DNA of 61,548 nucleotides, counting the filler, from Choristocarpus tenellus KU-1152 (Eukaryota > Protista > Phaeophyceae): NCBI GenBank assembly GCA_964200185.2. It is 9 parts of 9 records of this genome, joined end to end, with 100 filler letters (N's around TTAATTAATTAA, not from the genome) between each part and the next. Parts side by side here need not be neighbours in the genome. Positions count along the whole stretch, not along the records: positions 1 to 7,406 come from CAXNAD020006203.1; positions 7,507 to 10,961 come from CAXNAD020019920.1; positions 11,062 to 13,823 come from CAXNAD020024970.1; 6 more parts are not named here. One strand, given 5' to 3'. Below the pieces are notes generated by a model. The model did not search any database. It was not told where the DNA came from and saw only the letters and a list, made by a program, of their open reading frames with translations. Of the stretch, positions 1-11,945 are shown one piece after another. Numbering within the stretch: position 1 is the first letter of the stretch; each line of letters opens with the position of its first letter. The position numbers were made by a program, and so were the translations under genes.

Positions 1-235
1 CCCCCCCAGAGGCACAGGAGTAGGTAGATGGGAAGATAAGGAAGACAGTAGTACAATATTTGATAGAGGTGAAGTAACTGATTAGTGGTTTCCACACAAT
101 GTTTTACAATGTTCTTATGTTTAGGATATTTTATTTCTTTAGGGCTAACAACGACATACATATAGTTTTCATTGGGTTTCCCCCCTGACACATCTGCAAA
201 ATGTCAGAGGGCATAATAATAAAAATAATAGTATT
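1..235 (+). mobile_element. 3' tail of CRE-like non-LTR retrotransposon (5'-truncated copy)
   Basis: Matches 9040-9156: atagttttcattg...cccctgacacatctgcaaaatgtcagagggcataataat. Confidence 0.7.
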
Positions 236-493
236 ACTACAAAATTATAGTTTATTCCTTTCTAATACATATCACACAAAGAACTTCTTTTGAGAAACGT
301 TATTTGCGTCTTTATCTAACATTGAACTTTTATTTTGCGAGCAGAGTTATGTTGTTTGATATTGTGTTTATGTTGACGGCTGACTCTATTATGTTGATAT
401 GGGAAGGAAGGAAATTCAATTCAAAAGGATGGGGGAATACCCCGAACAGGTACAACTGGTCTACACCTAAAACATAACTTTATCTCAGTCGGC

Positions 494-3400
494 ATGATGG
501 GGCGAGGTGCAAATATAAGTCTCTATTGTTCGCCTGGTACATGGCTCAGATTACTGGGAAGCCCAATGGCAACAAGTGAAGCACGTGGAGAAGGCTTCCT
601 GTTGTCGATCGCCTTGACCATTGTCTTGGTGGGGGAGGCCGCACTTTGCCTCTTGATCATCATGCGAGTCTCATGTAAGCCTTACGTAAGAACTGCCTCC
701 CATACCTCCTGATTGTGACACCTACTTGGGCTACAGACCAATAGAATCCCCGTTCTAAATGCAACATTTTGTGGATGCCCTGTTGAACATCCGTTACCCA
801 AAGATACCGAGATCGATTGGTTGGCATACATGCAGGAGGTGCAAGGCTTCCTTGGTGGTGAATTCAACTATTACAATCTGCGAGGGGACACCGGTCCGCT
901 GGTTTACCCTGCGGGATTTGTGTACATTTATTCGGTAAGGGATTCGTGTGTGGGGGAAACATGTCGAACAGGTCGATCAAGTCTATTAGAAAGGACTCCT
1001 GCAGTGCAAACCACGGGAATGGTCGGCTATGGCAATGATTCGCACGTTGGTACGCCTGCTAACTAGACCTCCCCGCAGCAGGCATTGCACTGGCTTACAG
1101 ACAGCGGGCGAAACATAGTGGCTGCCCAGCTCATATTCGTGGGTATCTATGTCTCCCTCGTCTTTTGGGTTCTGATCATCTACCGGAAGGCTGGGGCGAA
1201 CTCAGTTCCACTGTGGGCAACCCTGCTTGTGTGCGTTTCAAAGAGGTGAAAATTAAATTCATTCGTCCACTTGCTGCCTTTATTTGTACAATGAGATGCT
1301 GTTGGGTGTCCTACGGTTTCTTAAGGGAGATTGGCAGTATATGGAAAGGCCCACATACGAACACAACTTCAATTTTTTGCATTCATAAATTCCCAACTGC
1401 ACCGTCTGCAGGGTGCACTCCATCTTCGTACTACGGCTCTTCAATGACGGAGTGGCAATGTGGCTATTGTATGGAGCTACCTACGCGTTCCTTTGCGGAA
1501 GGTAGATGACTTTTTGTGGATGCCCTCTTCGGTCAAAGTTATTCTTTAGTGCACATAAACATAATATTCTTCTTGTTAGATAGGTTTTCAAGTGTCCTTC
1601 AACAGTTGCTTTCTGTATTTCGCCTGCCAAACCACCCTTTGTCTCTTGTCAACTTCTATGCAGATGGCGCGCAGGAAGTGCAGTGTACAGCCTGGCAGTG
1701 GGAGTGAAAATGAACATCCTACTGTTTGCTCCAGGATTACTTCTCCTGTTGTTGCAGGCAAATGGACTCAGCGGGGCCATTGTGTGCCTGGCAATATGTG
1801 GCAGTGTTCAGGTTAGTGGTGTGGCATAGTCAATGGGAACCTTTTTGTCTTTTGTGTTAAGAGACTTCTCAGACTGATGTGTAGAAAGCATGAATAATGA
1901 GAGTTAATGAGCCTCTTGGTGAAGAAAAAACTGTGATATCACAGCTTGTGTTGTCAACCGGTCCAAACTCTATACATTTTTCAATGTTTACTGTCATCTC
2001 ATGGGAATGTAGACTCGCCTAAAACAGTGGGGCAATTCAACTTGAGTGAACCAGGTTTGTGATGTTGGACTCCTCAGTTTTAGAGAGCACAAGATGCAAC
2101 TATATGCAGATCACAATCTTAATCGTTCCATCTCACCACATCTTGTTAATCCCCTTATACTCTCCATTGTTCTCTTGTCTTGATGCTCCCTATCATGCGC
2201 TAGCAATACCTAAAGGGATCAACCCACAATGCCACAGAAAAACCTACCTGCTCTACCAGTTACCTATTCTCACCCAGTACTTCCCCTCAACTATTGAACG
2301 CTTCAAGACTATTCCTCTCTTGTTTCTACGCATTATGTTGTCATGAGGAGATGCCAATTTGTTTTCCTGATTGCATATATTAAAGTACCTCTTTTTGAGG
2401 GGAGATGGCAACATCTAAATCAACACAGTGTTCTGTAAGTCCCTTTGTATATTGAGAAGGTGTGAGTGTAGCTCATGTTTCTTGTTTTTCTCACGAAACA
2501 CTCTTTCAGGCTCATGTTGAGGGCAAGTAACCTATTGTAACCCTCTTACCCATGTATGGACCTCCAGGGATATTTATTTGTTCTGACATTAGCTCTACCT
2601 GCATCTGTCCTTTATCATTGGGCAGCTTGTTCTTGGTGCCCCTTTCCTGTGGCGCTTTCCAAGCGCTTACCTTAGGCGATCCTTTGAGTTAGGGCGAGCT
2701 TTCCAGTATAGATGGACGGTGAACTTCAAGTTTCTGAGTGAGGAGGTGTTTCTGAGTTGGCAGCTCTCCGCCTTTCTTCTGCTGCTTACAGTTGTCGCCC
2801 TTGGGCTGTTTGCCTGGAAATGGCTGCGACAAGAGAGCCCCAGAAGACCATGCATTAGAATCAAAGTTAGGCAGTGCCTCGAAGACCAAGATGGGGACAC
2901 AAGGAGTAGGGGTGTGGCCCTAATGCCAATGTATGTGGCGAAGACCCTATTCACCTCAAACTTTATTGGGATAGTGTTCTGTCGCAGTCTGCACTACCAG
3001 GTACATGTCCAGGACAATTTCATCTTCCTTCTGTGAACTTCAAGCACTCCATGTATTTCTTGTCCTGTTAGTGCCACACTTTGAACATAATCCGTTTGTA
3101 TATTTTTTGTTGATCCCCGAGAATGTCCTGAGTGCCTTCCTCCATGCATTGTTGATCAGAGGGTTCAAAGAGATTTTCAAGTTATGGCCTAGTTTGAAAT
3201 GTAAAAGCCACACACAGATGCAACAGGCAGTCTGCATAGTAATGCAATGTTTGTTGAGGTACCAATTTGCCTATCCCTGTTCATTACCCCCTGCCCCCAA
3301 CACATTATGTCATTGAGGTATATCCCTCAAGTTGCAGGGACTCTGTTCATTCTGTCCCTTCTTTTGCGCCTCATGGTCCCCCTGCAACCCCTTTTCTCCA

Positions 3401-4382
3401 CAAATTATTTTGGCATGACTTCACGACCAAAGGTTCTGACTGCCCTAACCATTTTGACCTCTATTTGTCAAACTCTTTGAAACAGTTTTACTGCTGGTAC
3501 TACCATACATTGCCTTTCTTGCTATGGAGCACAAATCTTCCACTTGTTCTACGCCTTTCAGTCATGATGGGAGTGGAGTTGGGGTTCAATGTTTTTCCGG
3601 CTACACCCATGTCATCAGCAGTCCTTCAGGTTGGTATCACTAAAGGCAGAATAAATGCACAGAATGTTGCTTACGGTGTTTTTTGGGCTATAACATGGGC
3701 TTGCAGGTGATGCAAATTTGCAGTAGTACATTGTGTAGAAACATACCAAATAAATTTTTTGTCCTTGTTCAAGAACATAATAACAACATCATTCTTTGCA
3801 TTCTTGCGTGCTGCTACTGAGATCACTGCCTGGGATTTTGTATCTTATCTCCTCTCAAACTACACAGGGACATTGTAAGCAGTACTCTCAGCATGCTGCT
3901 GGGTCAGTTTGTGTATTTTGTGACTTCTCAGCTTATAAGCTTTACCTCTCGTTTTCCAACATAACACAGCACAACCCCAGTTCATTCTCGTGGTACTGAT
4001 TCCACCAGAATTACACTCCAGGGCATTCATGTTGCAGAAAGGTTAAATACTCTGGCAGACTTTGACCACTCTGGTGAAGGAATTGACTGAGGTTGAGTAG
4101 TGGGCAAGATTAACATGATATCATCTGCCATAGGGTGTGTGGCATGCTTTAATGCCCTCCTCAAGTCTCACTGGCGTCATTGGTGCAAACCTGTCCACAA
4201 ACGTGATCCATTTTCACTGCTGCCTGTGTTGCAAGAAGTGGTACTGAAGCCAACACTTTTCCCTTTGCTTCTCCCATTTCCTGTGATTACAGGCATGCCA
4301 TGTGCTGCTCCTCGCTGCCCTCTGGGTGGCACCTGTTGTCCCTCTTGGGAGAGTTTCCAGTGCAGAAAAAAAGGTAGAATAA
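494..4382 (+). CDS. ALG3: Dol-P-Man:Man5GlcNAc2-PP-Dol alpha-1,3-mannosyltransferase; exons 494(or 497/566)-674, 804-934, 1082-1245, 1412-1501, 1664-1811, 2626-3000, 3486-3629, 4293-4382
   Basis: Phase-compatible GT-AG exons give the ALG3 motifs [96 protein letters not shown] and [10 protein letters not shown]. The protein ends KKVE*. The start codon is uncertain. Confidence 0.95.
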
Positions 4383-6891
4383 GCCTACTTTGCTTAGGGT
4401 ATTGGCAATGACGCAATTTCCTGGCATGAAAGAATACCTGGTGAAGACAGGAGTGCACGACAACCTCTTCATGCTCACTGCAAGTGCTTTCATTTGTTGG
4501 GAATATCTTTTTTGGCTCTACTGTGCCTCGTTGCCTTATAAAAGCCAACTAGGTATGTCTATGCTACCATTTGAGTGGCTTGTAAATGGAATTTTGTAGA
4601 GATTGAGGGGGGAGAGGAGAGGAGAGGAGAGGAGGAGGAAAGGCTCAAGGCTGAGATTGAGCTTCTATTATAGAGACCTTGTTCTATTGCACAGCTGGGA
4701 CAAGTGACTGACAAAACTTCTTTGTTGTCTGACTCATCCCTGCCATTACAAAATGTAGAACATATGTCAACTCCTCTGTGTGTCAATAAGGCTGCAGTTG
4801 ATGCATGCAATGTCGGTTTACCTTGGACAATTTAATATCATCTCATATTTAGGTATATGTGCTGCTTACAATGAACACAAGCAGAACCCACAACCGTGCT
4901 GAGATGCAAGTTCTTCGATATTATCATAAGCTAGTGCAAGAAGCTCAAGCCCCAAAGGCCTCCACATTCCAGCCAGGTACTATACTCACGCTGCTGTGCT
5001 GTCTGTCGTGACACAGAGCTATGTTGAATTAAGTCATTCACAAACTGTGCTGGATCACACCACTGTACAACTATGTACTAATATGCAGGGTAATCATAGT
5101 CCCCAGCTTTATTAATGATTGACACTCTAGGAAGCATCAGGCTGAAGTGATGCTCAGTGCCCATGAGAGTGAATGCCACCTTTATGCGATGTGCATAGTA
5201 GATGTATATATCACTCTCTGTCTCAGTCGGGGCTTTTCACTGAACCAGGGTCACAGACTGGACCCCAACCTGGCCTGGTCACAATATTTGATGACCCTGG
5301 ACCAGCCCTGTTAAGAACTGTGTTTCACTGGGACCCACCTATTGTCCAGTCTGGCTTTTCTCCAAGGACCCTGGACCAGTCCCATTAAAAGATGGTATAC
5401 CAGAGACGACCCACAGCCCTGTAAAGGAAAAAGGTATTTTAGCTGGTTGAGCCTAGTCAAGATGAGTCAGGCTGTCTGGATTGATCTAAATATGTCGGGT
5501 TGGCCCCCTATCACCTTGATTCTTATCTCAACAACAAAAATTGAAAGCTGACTAGTCTAGCTACAAACCACCTATGTATGCTCCAAAGTACTCAGTGCTG
5601 TGATAGTCTTGATGTGGTCATGGACTGGGTCACAGCATCACAAAATAAACACAGAGCAACGTTGGGGTGGATCCAGCACAATATATCGAGAGAGAAAGTA
5701 GAGCAACAAGTGGTGAGATGGCTGAACCCAATGCATGAAAAGCAAGGCATCAAATGGAGGCAGTACAACTAGTTAAAAGGGAAACACCACTCTCTCTATT
5801 CACTTTATGTTTTTTACAAATGGCTTTGACTATTTGGGATGATTGAGAGAACATCCTCTATATCTACCCCTCCCCCCCCCATGATGGAGAGACTATTACT
5901 ACACGTAGTTGGCATAAGAAGTAATGCAGTGTGTAGTTGGTCTGACCAGGGGTCGGGATAGTCCATGGTCGAAGGTGACGAAAAAACAATAATATAAGAG
6001 TACAAAACAATTGCCTTATTTCCTACTATTGGCAGATTCCAAGTTTACACTATATATTTGGAGCGTGTCCCTCTGTACACTACAATGTCGTGACATCTTC
6101 TCCAAGTCTCTACTTCAACCATAAAAACACTCTCTAGAGGAAGGGCCTTTCATCTGATGGGGTAAATGTGACAGGACCAAGTCATTTGGTAGTCCCAGAA
6201 AGGTATTTATGATAGGACCAGTCGAGGGTCATCATACTACATACGGAGTAGTAGATTTCAACCCAACAAGGACACCGGCTGGTACCAATAAATTACAACT
6301 TGACAGAACTTGTCTATGGCCGTCATAAATTTCCACCGGATGTTAAAACTAAAATTGCATTAATCGTTAGTTCTCACGAAGTGCTCTGTTTAAAAGCTTG
6401 AAGTTGTGTAAAGCGAAGAATTGATTGAGTGCACTGAAGCATTAGTGGAATTCGATGTGATTAATCTTGCCACATGTTCTGTGAAGAAGCTGATTGAATA
6501 CTGCAAGGTACGGCACTATTCAGTCCTGAGGTCCAGGAGAGTGGTACATACTTTGAGTAGAGGCTTATTCCCTTGTGGGAAAGGATGTGGGTGTATAACT
6601 TTCAACATATCCCATCCAATTTTGTGTCGAGGTACATTGATAGCAGAGTGAATTCGAACTCTAAGGATGCAACACCTTACAAAAGAATATGTTTACAAGG
6701 GATGCCAGGGTTGTTTGGTCAATGAGAAAAGGCAAAGAGACTCAACTCTAATTCTTATACTGAGTTTCATTATGAAGAATATCTACCGAATCCAGGGATT
6801 AAACTCGCTATAACCATGCAGAGTGCAACAGTTATCCATCATTATATTCCGCCCAAAGCACCATGCTTGCGATGTGGAAAATAATGATAAT

Positions 6892-7240
6892 AGAGTCACT
6901 ACACAAGTGACTCTCTCGAGATGCGTCATGCTCTTCAAGCTAGAGACAACAGGCAGGTGGGTAAGAAAGGGCCTGTCAGGTTCTTGGGACGCTTCCCTAG
7001 GTACTCACCCACTTGAAGAGGGTGAAGCTAGTTCGAGGCATAGCAGGAGTGCACACATAACATTGTAATTACCGACCTTTAAGGGAGTGTTGTAGTATAG
7101 TTAGTATTCTTACAGTAAACTGTTACTAGAGAGGTATCTCTTACATTTACGACAACTGTTACTATTACAGGGGTCGTTGTGATAGTGGTTAGACATTTTT
7201 CTTGATACATCTGTAAAATGTAAGAGGACACAATAATAAA
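6892..7240 (+). mobile_element. 5'-truncated copy of CRE-like non-LTR element (ORF end plus 3' UTR)
   Basis: Translates RVTTQVTLSRCVMLFKLETTGR...WDASLGTHP, homologous to 8840-8960. It ends in a degenerate hairpin, cttgatacatctgtaaaatgtaagagg, followed by acaataataa. Confidence 0.7.
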
Positions 7241-7406
7241 AATGAGAATATGTAAATAATGTGGATACATGGACAGTGTGGATACTTTAAACTAAAGAAT
7301 CACTTCTAGTGGGCTGGTCAAAGGTCGACACCACTAACAGGGGAATCTCAAAATTGAGGAAGGCGCGGGACTATGAGGATGGTTTTTTTGCGAAAACGGT
7401 CTTAAA

Positions 7407-7506
7407 NNNNNNNNNNNNNNNNNNNNNNNNNNNNNNNNNNNNNNNNNNNNTTAATTAATTAANNNNNNNNNNNNNNNNNNNNNNNNNNNNNNNNNNNNNN
7501 NNNNNN
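7407..7506. other. Artificial contig spacer N44-TTAATTAATTAA-N44 (also 10962-11061, 13824-13923, 22022-22121, 31550-31649, 36051-36150, 40567-40666, 58582-58681)
   Basis: An identical 100-bp linker with stop codons in all six frames occurs eight times. Confidence 0.98.
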
Positions 7507-8235
7507 ACTGTTCCCCTTCACAGCTATAAACACAAATTATTGGACACCAAGATATCTCACAGTTACAAACAAAAACAAGGTCCTGCCATATAAAGGCTTG
7601 CTCAATCCATAAACAAAGAACATACAAACAAAAGACTCAGAAAAATAGGGAGTGTCATAGGAAGACTCTCTCCCCTCACAAATGAATATGAATGCAAAAT
7701 TACAATAGTACTGAAATAGGGTGTTGTCATAGACTCTCCCCTTTCAGAACTAAACACAAACAACTATAAGACACAAACACAATAGCCTCAAAGTCGCATA
7801 GAGGTAGGGTGCTGCCATGGAAAGACTTGCTCAACCCATAAACAAAGAACATACAAGAGACTCAGAAAAATAGGGAGTGTCATAGTAAGACTCTCCCCCC
7901 TCACAAATATCACAAACGAATATGAATGCAAAATTACAATAGCACTGAAATAGGGTGTTGTCATAGAGTCTCCCCCTTGAGAATTAAACACAAACAACTA
8001 CAGGACACCAACACAATTGCCTCGCAGTCGCACAGAGGTAGGGTGCTGCCATGGAAAGGCTTACCTTCTCCAGGAACCATGAACATACAAACAAACAAGA
8101 CAAGCGTCTTACAATATCATCAAAATAGGAAGTGTCATAGCAAGACTCTCCTGCTTCAGAACTATCAACACAAACACGTACAAGACACAAGAATCATCTC
8201 AAGACAAACACAGACAAGATGTCTAGCAATAACAT
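7507..8235. repeat. Diverged tandem repeat, about 230-bp unit, about 3 copies
   Basis: Recurring blocks aaacacaaacaacta..., gtagggtgctgccatggaaag and gactcagaaaaatagggagtgtcatag...gactctc. Confidence 0.8.
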
Positions 8236-8289
8236 AAAAATCTGTGAACCATGGCAAGATTTTTCACACTGGTTAGAGTACGAAAAGGC

Positions 8290-9156
8290 AGACATGCTAT
8301 TCGCCTTTAACACATCCCTTGGACTATGGAGGATGGTAGCCCCGTCACAGTGAACAGGAATTTCCGCATGGGTCTGGTCTTCCATGCAGGGGCACTTGCG
8401 GACGCCGGATCAACCCCCTACTAGTGGGACGAAGGCCTCCTGCTACATGTTACGTTTGCAGAAGTGCAGGCAACCTCCCACCTTCCCCACTCATCCACCA
8501 GCCATGGTGTAGCTGATGCTGCAGCTGAGGTGCGAAAGCGCACCCACTATGAGGGTTCTTTTGACCCTCATAGTTATAACCTCAACAACTTCGCGGTGGA
8601 AAGTTTGGGCGCCTTGGCAAGCAAGCGGAAAGTTTTCTGGATGAGCTAGCTACGCACATGGTAGGGGGGAGAGGGACAGGAGGTTATTACAGGAAGGGGG
8701 CTGTCAAATCCCGTCTACGACAGATAGTTTCTATCACAACGCAGGTGTCCCTGTCTAGACGTGTCATGCGTTGAAAAACTGGAAACACTAGTTATAGCAA
8801 GAAGGGGGTTGTCAAATCCCGTCCATGACAGATAGTTTCTGCCACAACACAGGTGGCCCTGTCTAGACGTGTCATGCGTTTTAAGCTGGAGATACCAGGA
8901 AGATGAGTAAGGAGGGGCTTGTTAGATTATTGGGATGCTTCCCTAGCTCCTCACCCAGGGGTGCAGGAATAGTAGTTTGGAGACACAGGAAGGCAATGGT
9001 ACAGCATACCTGGTAGTAATATGGTACTGCAAATAAATAGATTAAAGTTTTTCACATTTATGACAACTGTTACTTTTTTAGGATTTTTCTGACACGTGAA
9101 TAGTTTTCATTGTTTTTTTCCCCTGACACACCTGCAAAATGTCAGGGGGCATAATA
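8290..9156 (+). mobile_element. Decayed RLE (restriction-like endonuclease) non-LTR retrotransposon, CRE-like, 3' portion
   Basis: Reconstructed across a stop and a frameshift: EDGSPVTVNRNFRMGLVFHAGALADAG...GLLLHVTFAEVQA...AAAEVRKRTHY...FAVES(F)GRLGKQAESFLDELA...RLRQIVSITTQVSLSRRVMR. This fits the RxD..D..E..K..Y..E.FG.LG RLE C-terminal pattern with the catalytic Asp residues mutated. There is an internal duplication of about 118 bp (8693-8772 / 8801-8880 core), then a 3' hairpin and an AAT tail. Confidence 0.75.
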
Positions 9157-9173
9157 TTAAAACATGGGTAACA

Positions 9174-9431
9174 GAGCCAAAGTATCTTAGAGGGTAGAGC
9201 CGCGTCCATCTGGGGGTCAAAATCCAATGTTGCAATTTTATGTAATTTTAGCTATCGTGTTTGTTAGGAAGTGTCAATATCTATGTTTCGTATACACCTT
9301 TTCACAATGTATACATTTTACCTACTTGGAAATATTTCGGTTTAGGAAAATGTCATAAAAGAACCCATGGGAAGCCAAGCCCCAATTGGACAAACAGGGC
9401 AAATCTCGTACCCTCTAAGATACTTTCACTC
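9174..9431 (+). mobile_element. MITE family A (about 258 bp; TIR GAGYSAAAGTATCTTAGAGGGTA)
   Basis: TIRs gagccaaagtatcttagagggta / taccctctaagatactttcactc with 3-bp TSD ACA. Partial copies lie at ~10361-10560, 11062-11279, ~13222-13461 and 31476-31500. Confidence 0.85.
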
Positions 9432-11302
9432 ACAGTTAGCTACGAAGAAGGGAGTAGATTTCCCGAAACATACCTACATACGGAAGGTTGATTATCCTAA
9501 GCAAGCTACTCTGGAGTACATATTTCTTGTGGGCTTGACTCAGCAGAGGATGGCAAGGGAGGTAATTCAAGCTTCAAGCTCTAGGAAATACATATTTCTT
9601 AATTGCCCCTCCATGTCCTCGCATGAAACGTTGATACCATGATATTGTAGCGGTGCTTTGTTGAGCCATCCTATCTTGGAGGGGGGTTCAATTTAGACCT
9701 GTTTGAGTCTCTCGGACTTTTAAAACGTCGTGCCTGACTTTCCATCCCCATCATGCCTGAAATGAAGCTAACCCCACTGTGACTGTTGAAGAGAATACAC
9801 ATGCTTGTCCATACAAGTGTGAAGTCGCCATTCAGAGTGGCAGAAGCACGTGTGTCAGGAAGGATTCAGGATGGCGGCATATGCTCAATGACACCCCCCC
9901 TTGAAGCTGTATTCTATAGGCGGTTCAAAAGTGCCCTTCACAAGTTTTAATTACACGCATATGGTTGCTATATTTCTCCGACTATGTGTGGCTGATTCTA
10001 GTTCTGAATTTTTATTTGATATCAGGGGGGAGGCAACTGTGGAGGGAATACAATGCCATCCATCATGCACACTATTGCTGAGCTCTATGAAATAGATAAA
10101 CGTACCTCCGTATAGTACTTCCATGAGTAAATAGGTGATTGAGTTTATCAGGATGGATGGTCGCGACATCAAGTTGAACTTATGACTAGATGATTTGGTC
10201 AAGTGAAGGTATGTTGCATTACTAAGGTTATGGGGCTGTCTTCATGCTCCCTTGCACTCTATATGTATGTAAGTTGATTGGGGTTGTTGAACTGGGTGAT
10301 CTGCTGTAGTCAGTTGAAGATATAGGTTTAGTACACTAAGCGGGAAACAAGTCCAGAAGTGACTCAAAGCATTTAAGAGGGTAGGGCCGCGTCCGTTCGG
10401 AGCCTTCAATCCGATGTTGCGATTTTGATGTAATTTTGACTATCGTGTCTGTTTGATGTTATGGACACACCTTTCATAGTCCTCTGCATTTTACCTACTC
10501 CCGATTCCGAAATGTTCACACAGAATACCGAAAAAGGGCATAAAAGTGTTGAAATATTCCACACTGGACTCGCGGCTGTTTGCCATGATAAAGGACAATG
10601 AATAGCTTGGTGTAGATATACAATATTAAGGTTACAAGAGGCATTTGGTCTCGATACCACTGACTGAATAGGTGGGGGTGAGACAAGTGCAAACTACCAT
10701 GTGGGATTTGCAACGTCCACATAGATAATCAGAAAATAATATCTACGTATCATATGTACCGTGTATGATGTATCAACGGATAATATAGGGGTTGTGGAGG
10801 TGATGGAGGAAGGCGACGACGGTACATGAGACAGGCAAGGGCAAGAACCGAATATAGGTGGAAGGATTAACCCAGCTCCAGGAATAGATACCCAGGTCTC
10901 GATTTCACAGAATGGAGAAGGATGGACAGAGAACGGAATGGGCCCACATGGGGACGAGGTGNNNNNNNNNNNNNNNNNNNNNNNNNNNNNNNNNNNNNNN
11001 NNNNNTTAATTAATTAANNNNNNNNNNNNNNNNNNNNNNNNNNNNNNNNNNNNNNNNNNNNGGCCAAAATCCAATGTTGCAATATTGATGTAATTTTGGC
11101 TATCGTGTTTGTTAGGAAGTGTCAGTATCTATGTTCCGGATACACCTTTTCATAACATAAACACTTTACCTACCCCTAAACATTTTGTATTAAGAAAATG
11201 TTACAAAAGAACCAATGGGAAGCCAAGCCCCAAATAGACAAACAGGGTAAATCTCGTACCCTCTACGATACCTTCACTCACAATCTCGACTTCTGCTGTA
11301 GA

Positions 11303-11557
11303 GAGTGAAAGTATCTTAGAGGGTACGAGTTTTGACCTTTTTGTCCATTTGTGGCTTTCCTCGGGTATTTTTAATGACATTTTACCTACTCCAAAATATA
11401 TCGAAGTAGGCAAATTGTATACATTCTGAAAGATGTGTCCAGAGCAAGGATATTGACACTTCTTAACAAACACGATAGCCAAAATTACATCATAATCGCA
11501 ACGTTGGATTTCAGGCCCCAAATGGACGCGGCTTTACCCTCTAAGATTCATTGGCTC
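11303..11557 (-). mobile_element. MITE family A copy
   Basis: Both TIRs are present with TSD AGA/AGA. It is inverted relative to the adjacent copy at 11062-11279. Confidence 0.85.
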
Positions 11558-11945
11558 AGATGCAGAGTACGAGATGCTTCTGTGTCAACGTTATTTTAGC
11601 AAGGTCTCTGTCAATTGCTCTGTGGTCCGATCAACGCAAAGAGGGGAGGAAAAAGGATTGGGGCATGGCAGTAAAAGTATTAAGAGGATAGTGGCAGAAT
11701 GCACTTATCGAGATGAAATCTAGGTTGTCACCGAGCCAATAGAAGCTTGCGTATGAGGACACATAGACACAAACTCTTGTGGAAGATATTAAATTCAATT
11801 TATTAAATGTCTAAGTTCGTTGATTTAGAGAACGTCCGACCTCTCCAGCACAATATGTCTGTCGCGGCATTTGTGTGGTTGGCGAAGTAGAGGGTGACTC
11901 ACGAACAGAAATTGTCTAGGTTGCTCCTCAATGTCGTGTCTCTCG

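Noticed and set aside
7451-7462. Recurrent TTAATTAATTAA palindrome as a biological motif
   Set aside because: It is always centred in 44+44 Ns, so it is an assembly linker.
9900-10100. KDZ/Kyakuja-type transposase remnant (…ALHKF*LHAYG…)
   Set aside because: The similarity is too short and degenerate to support without a search.
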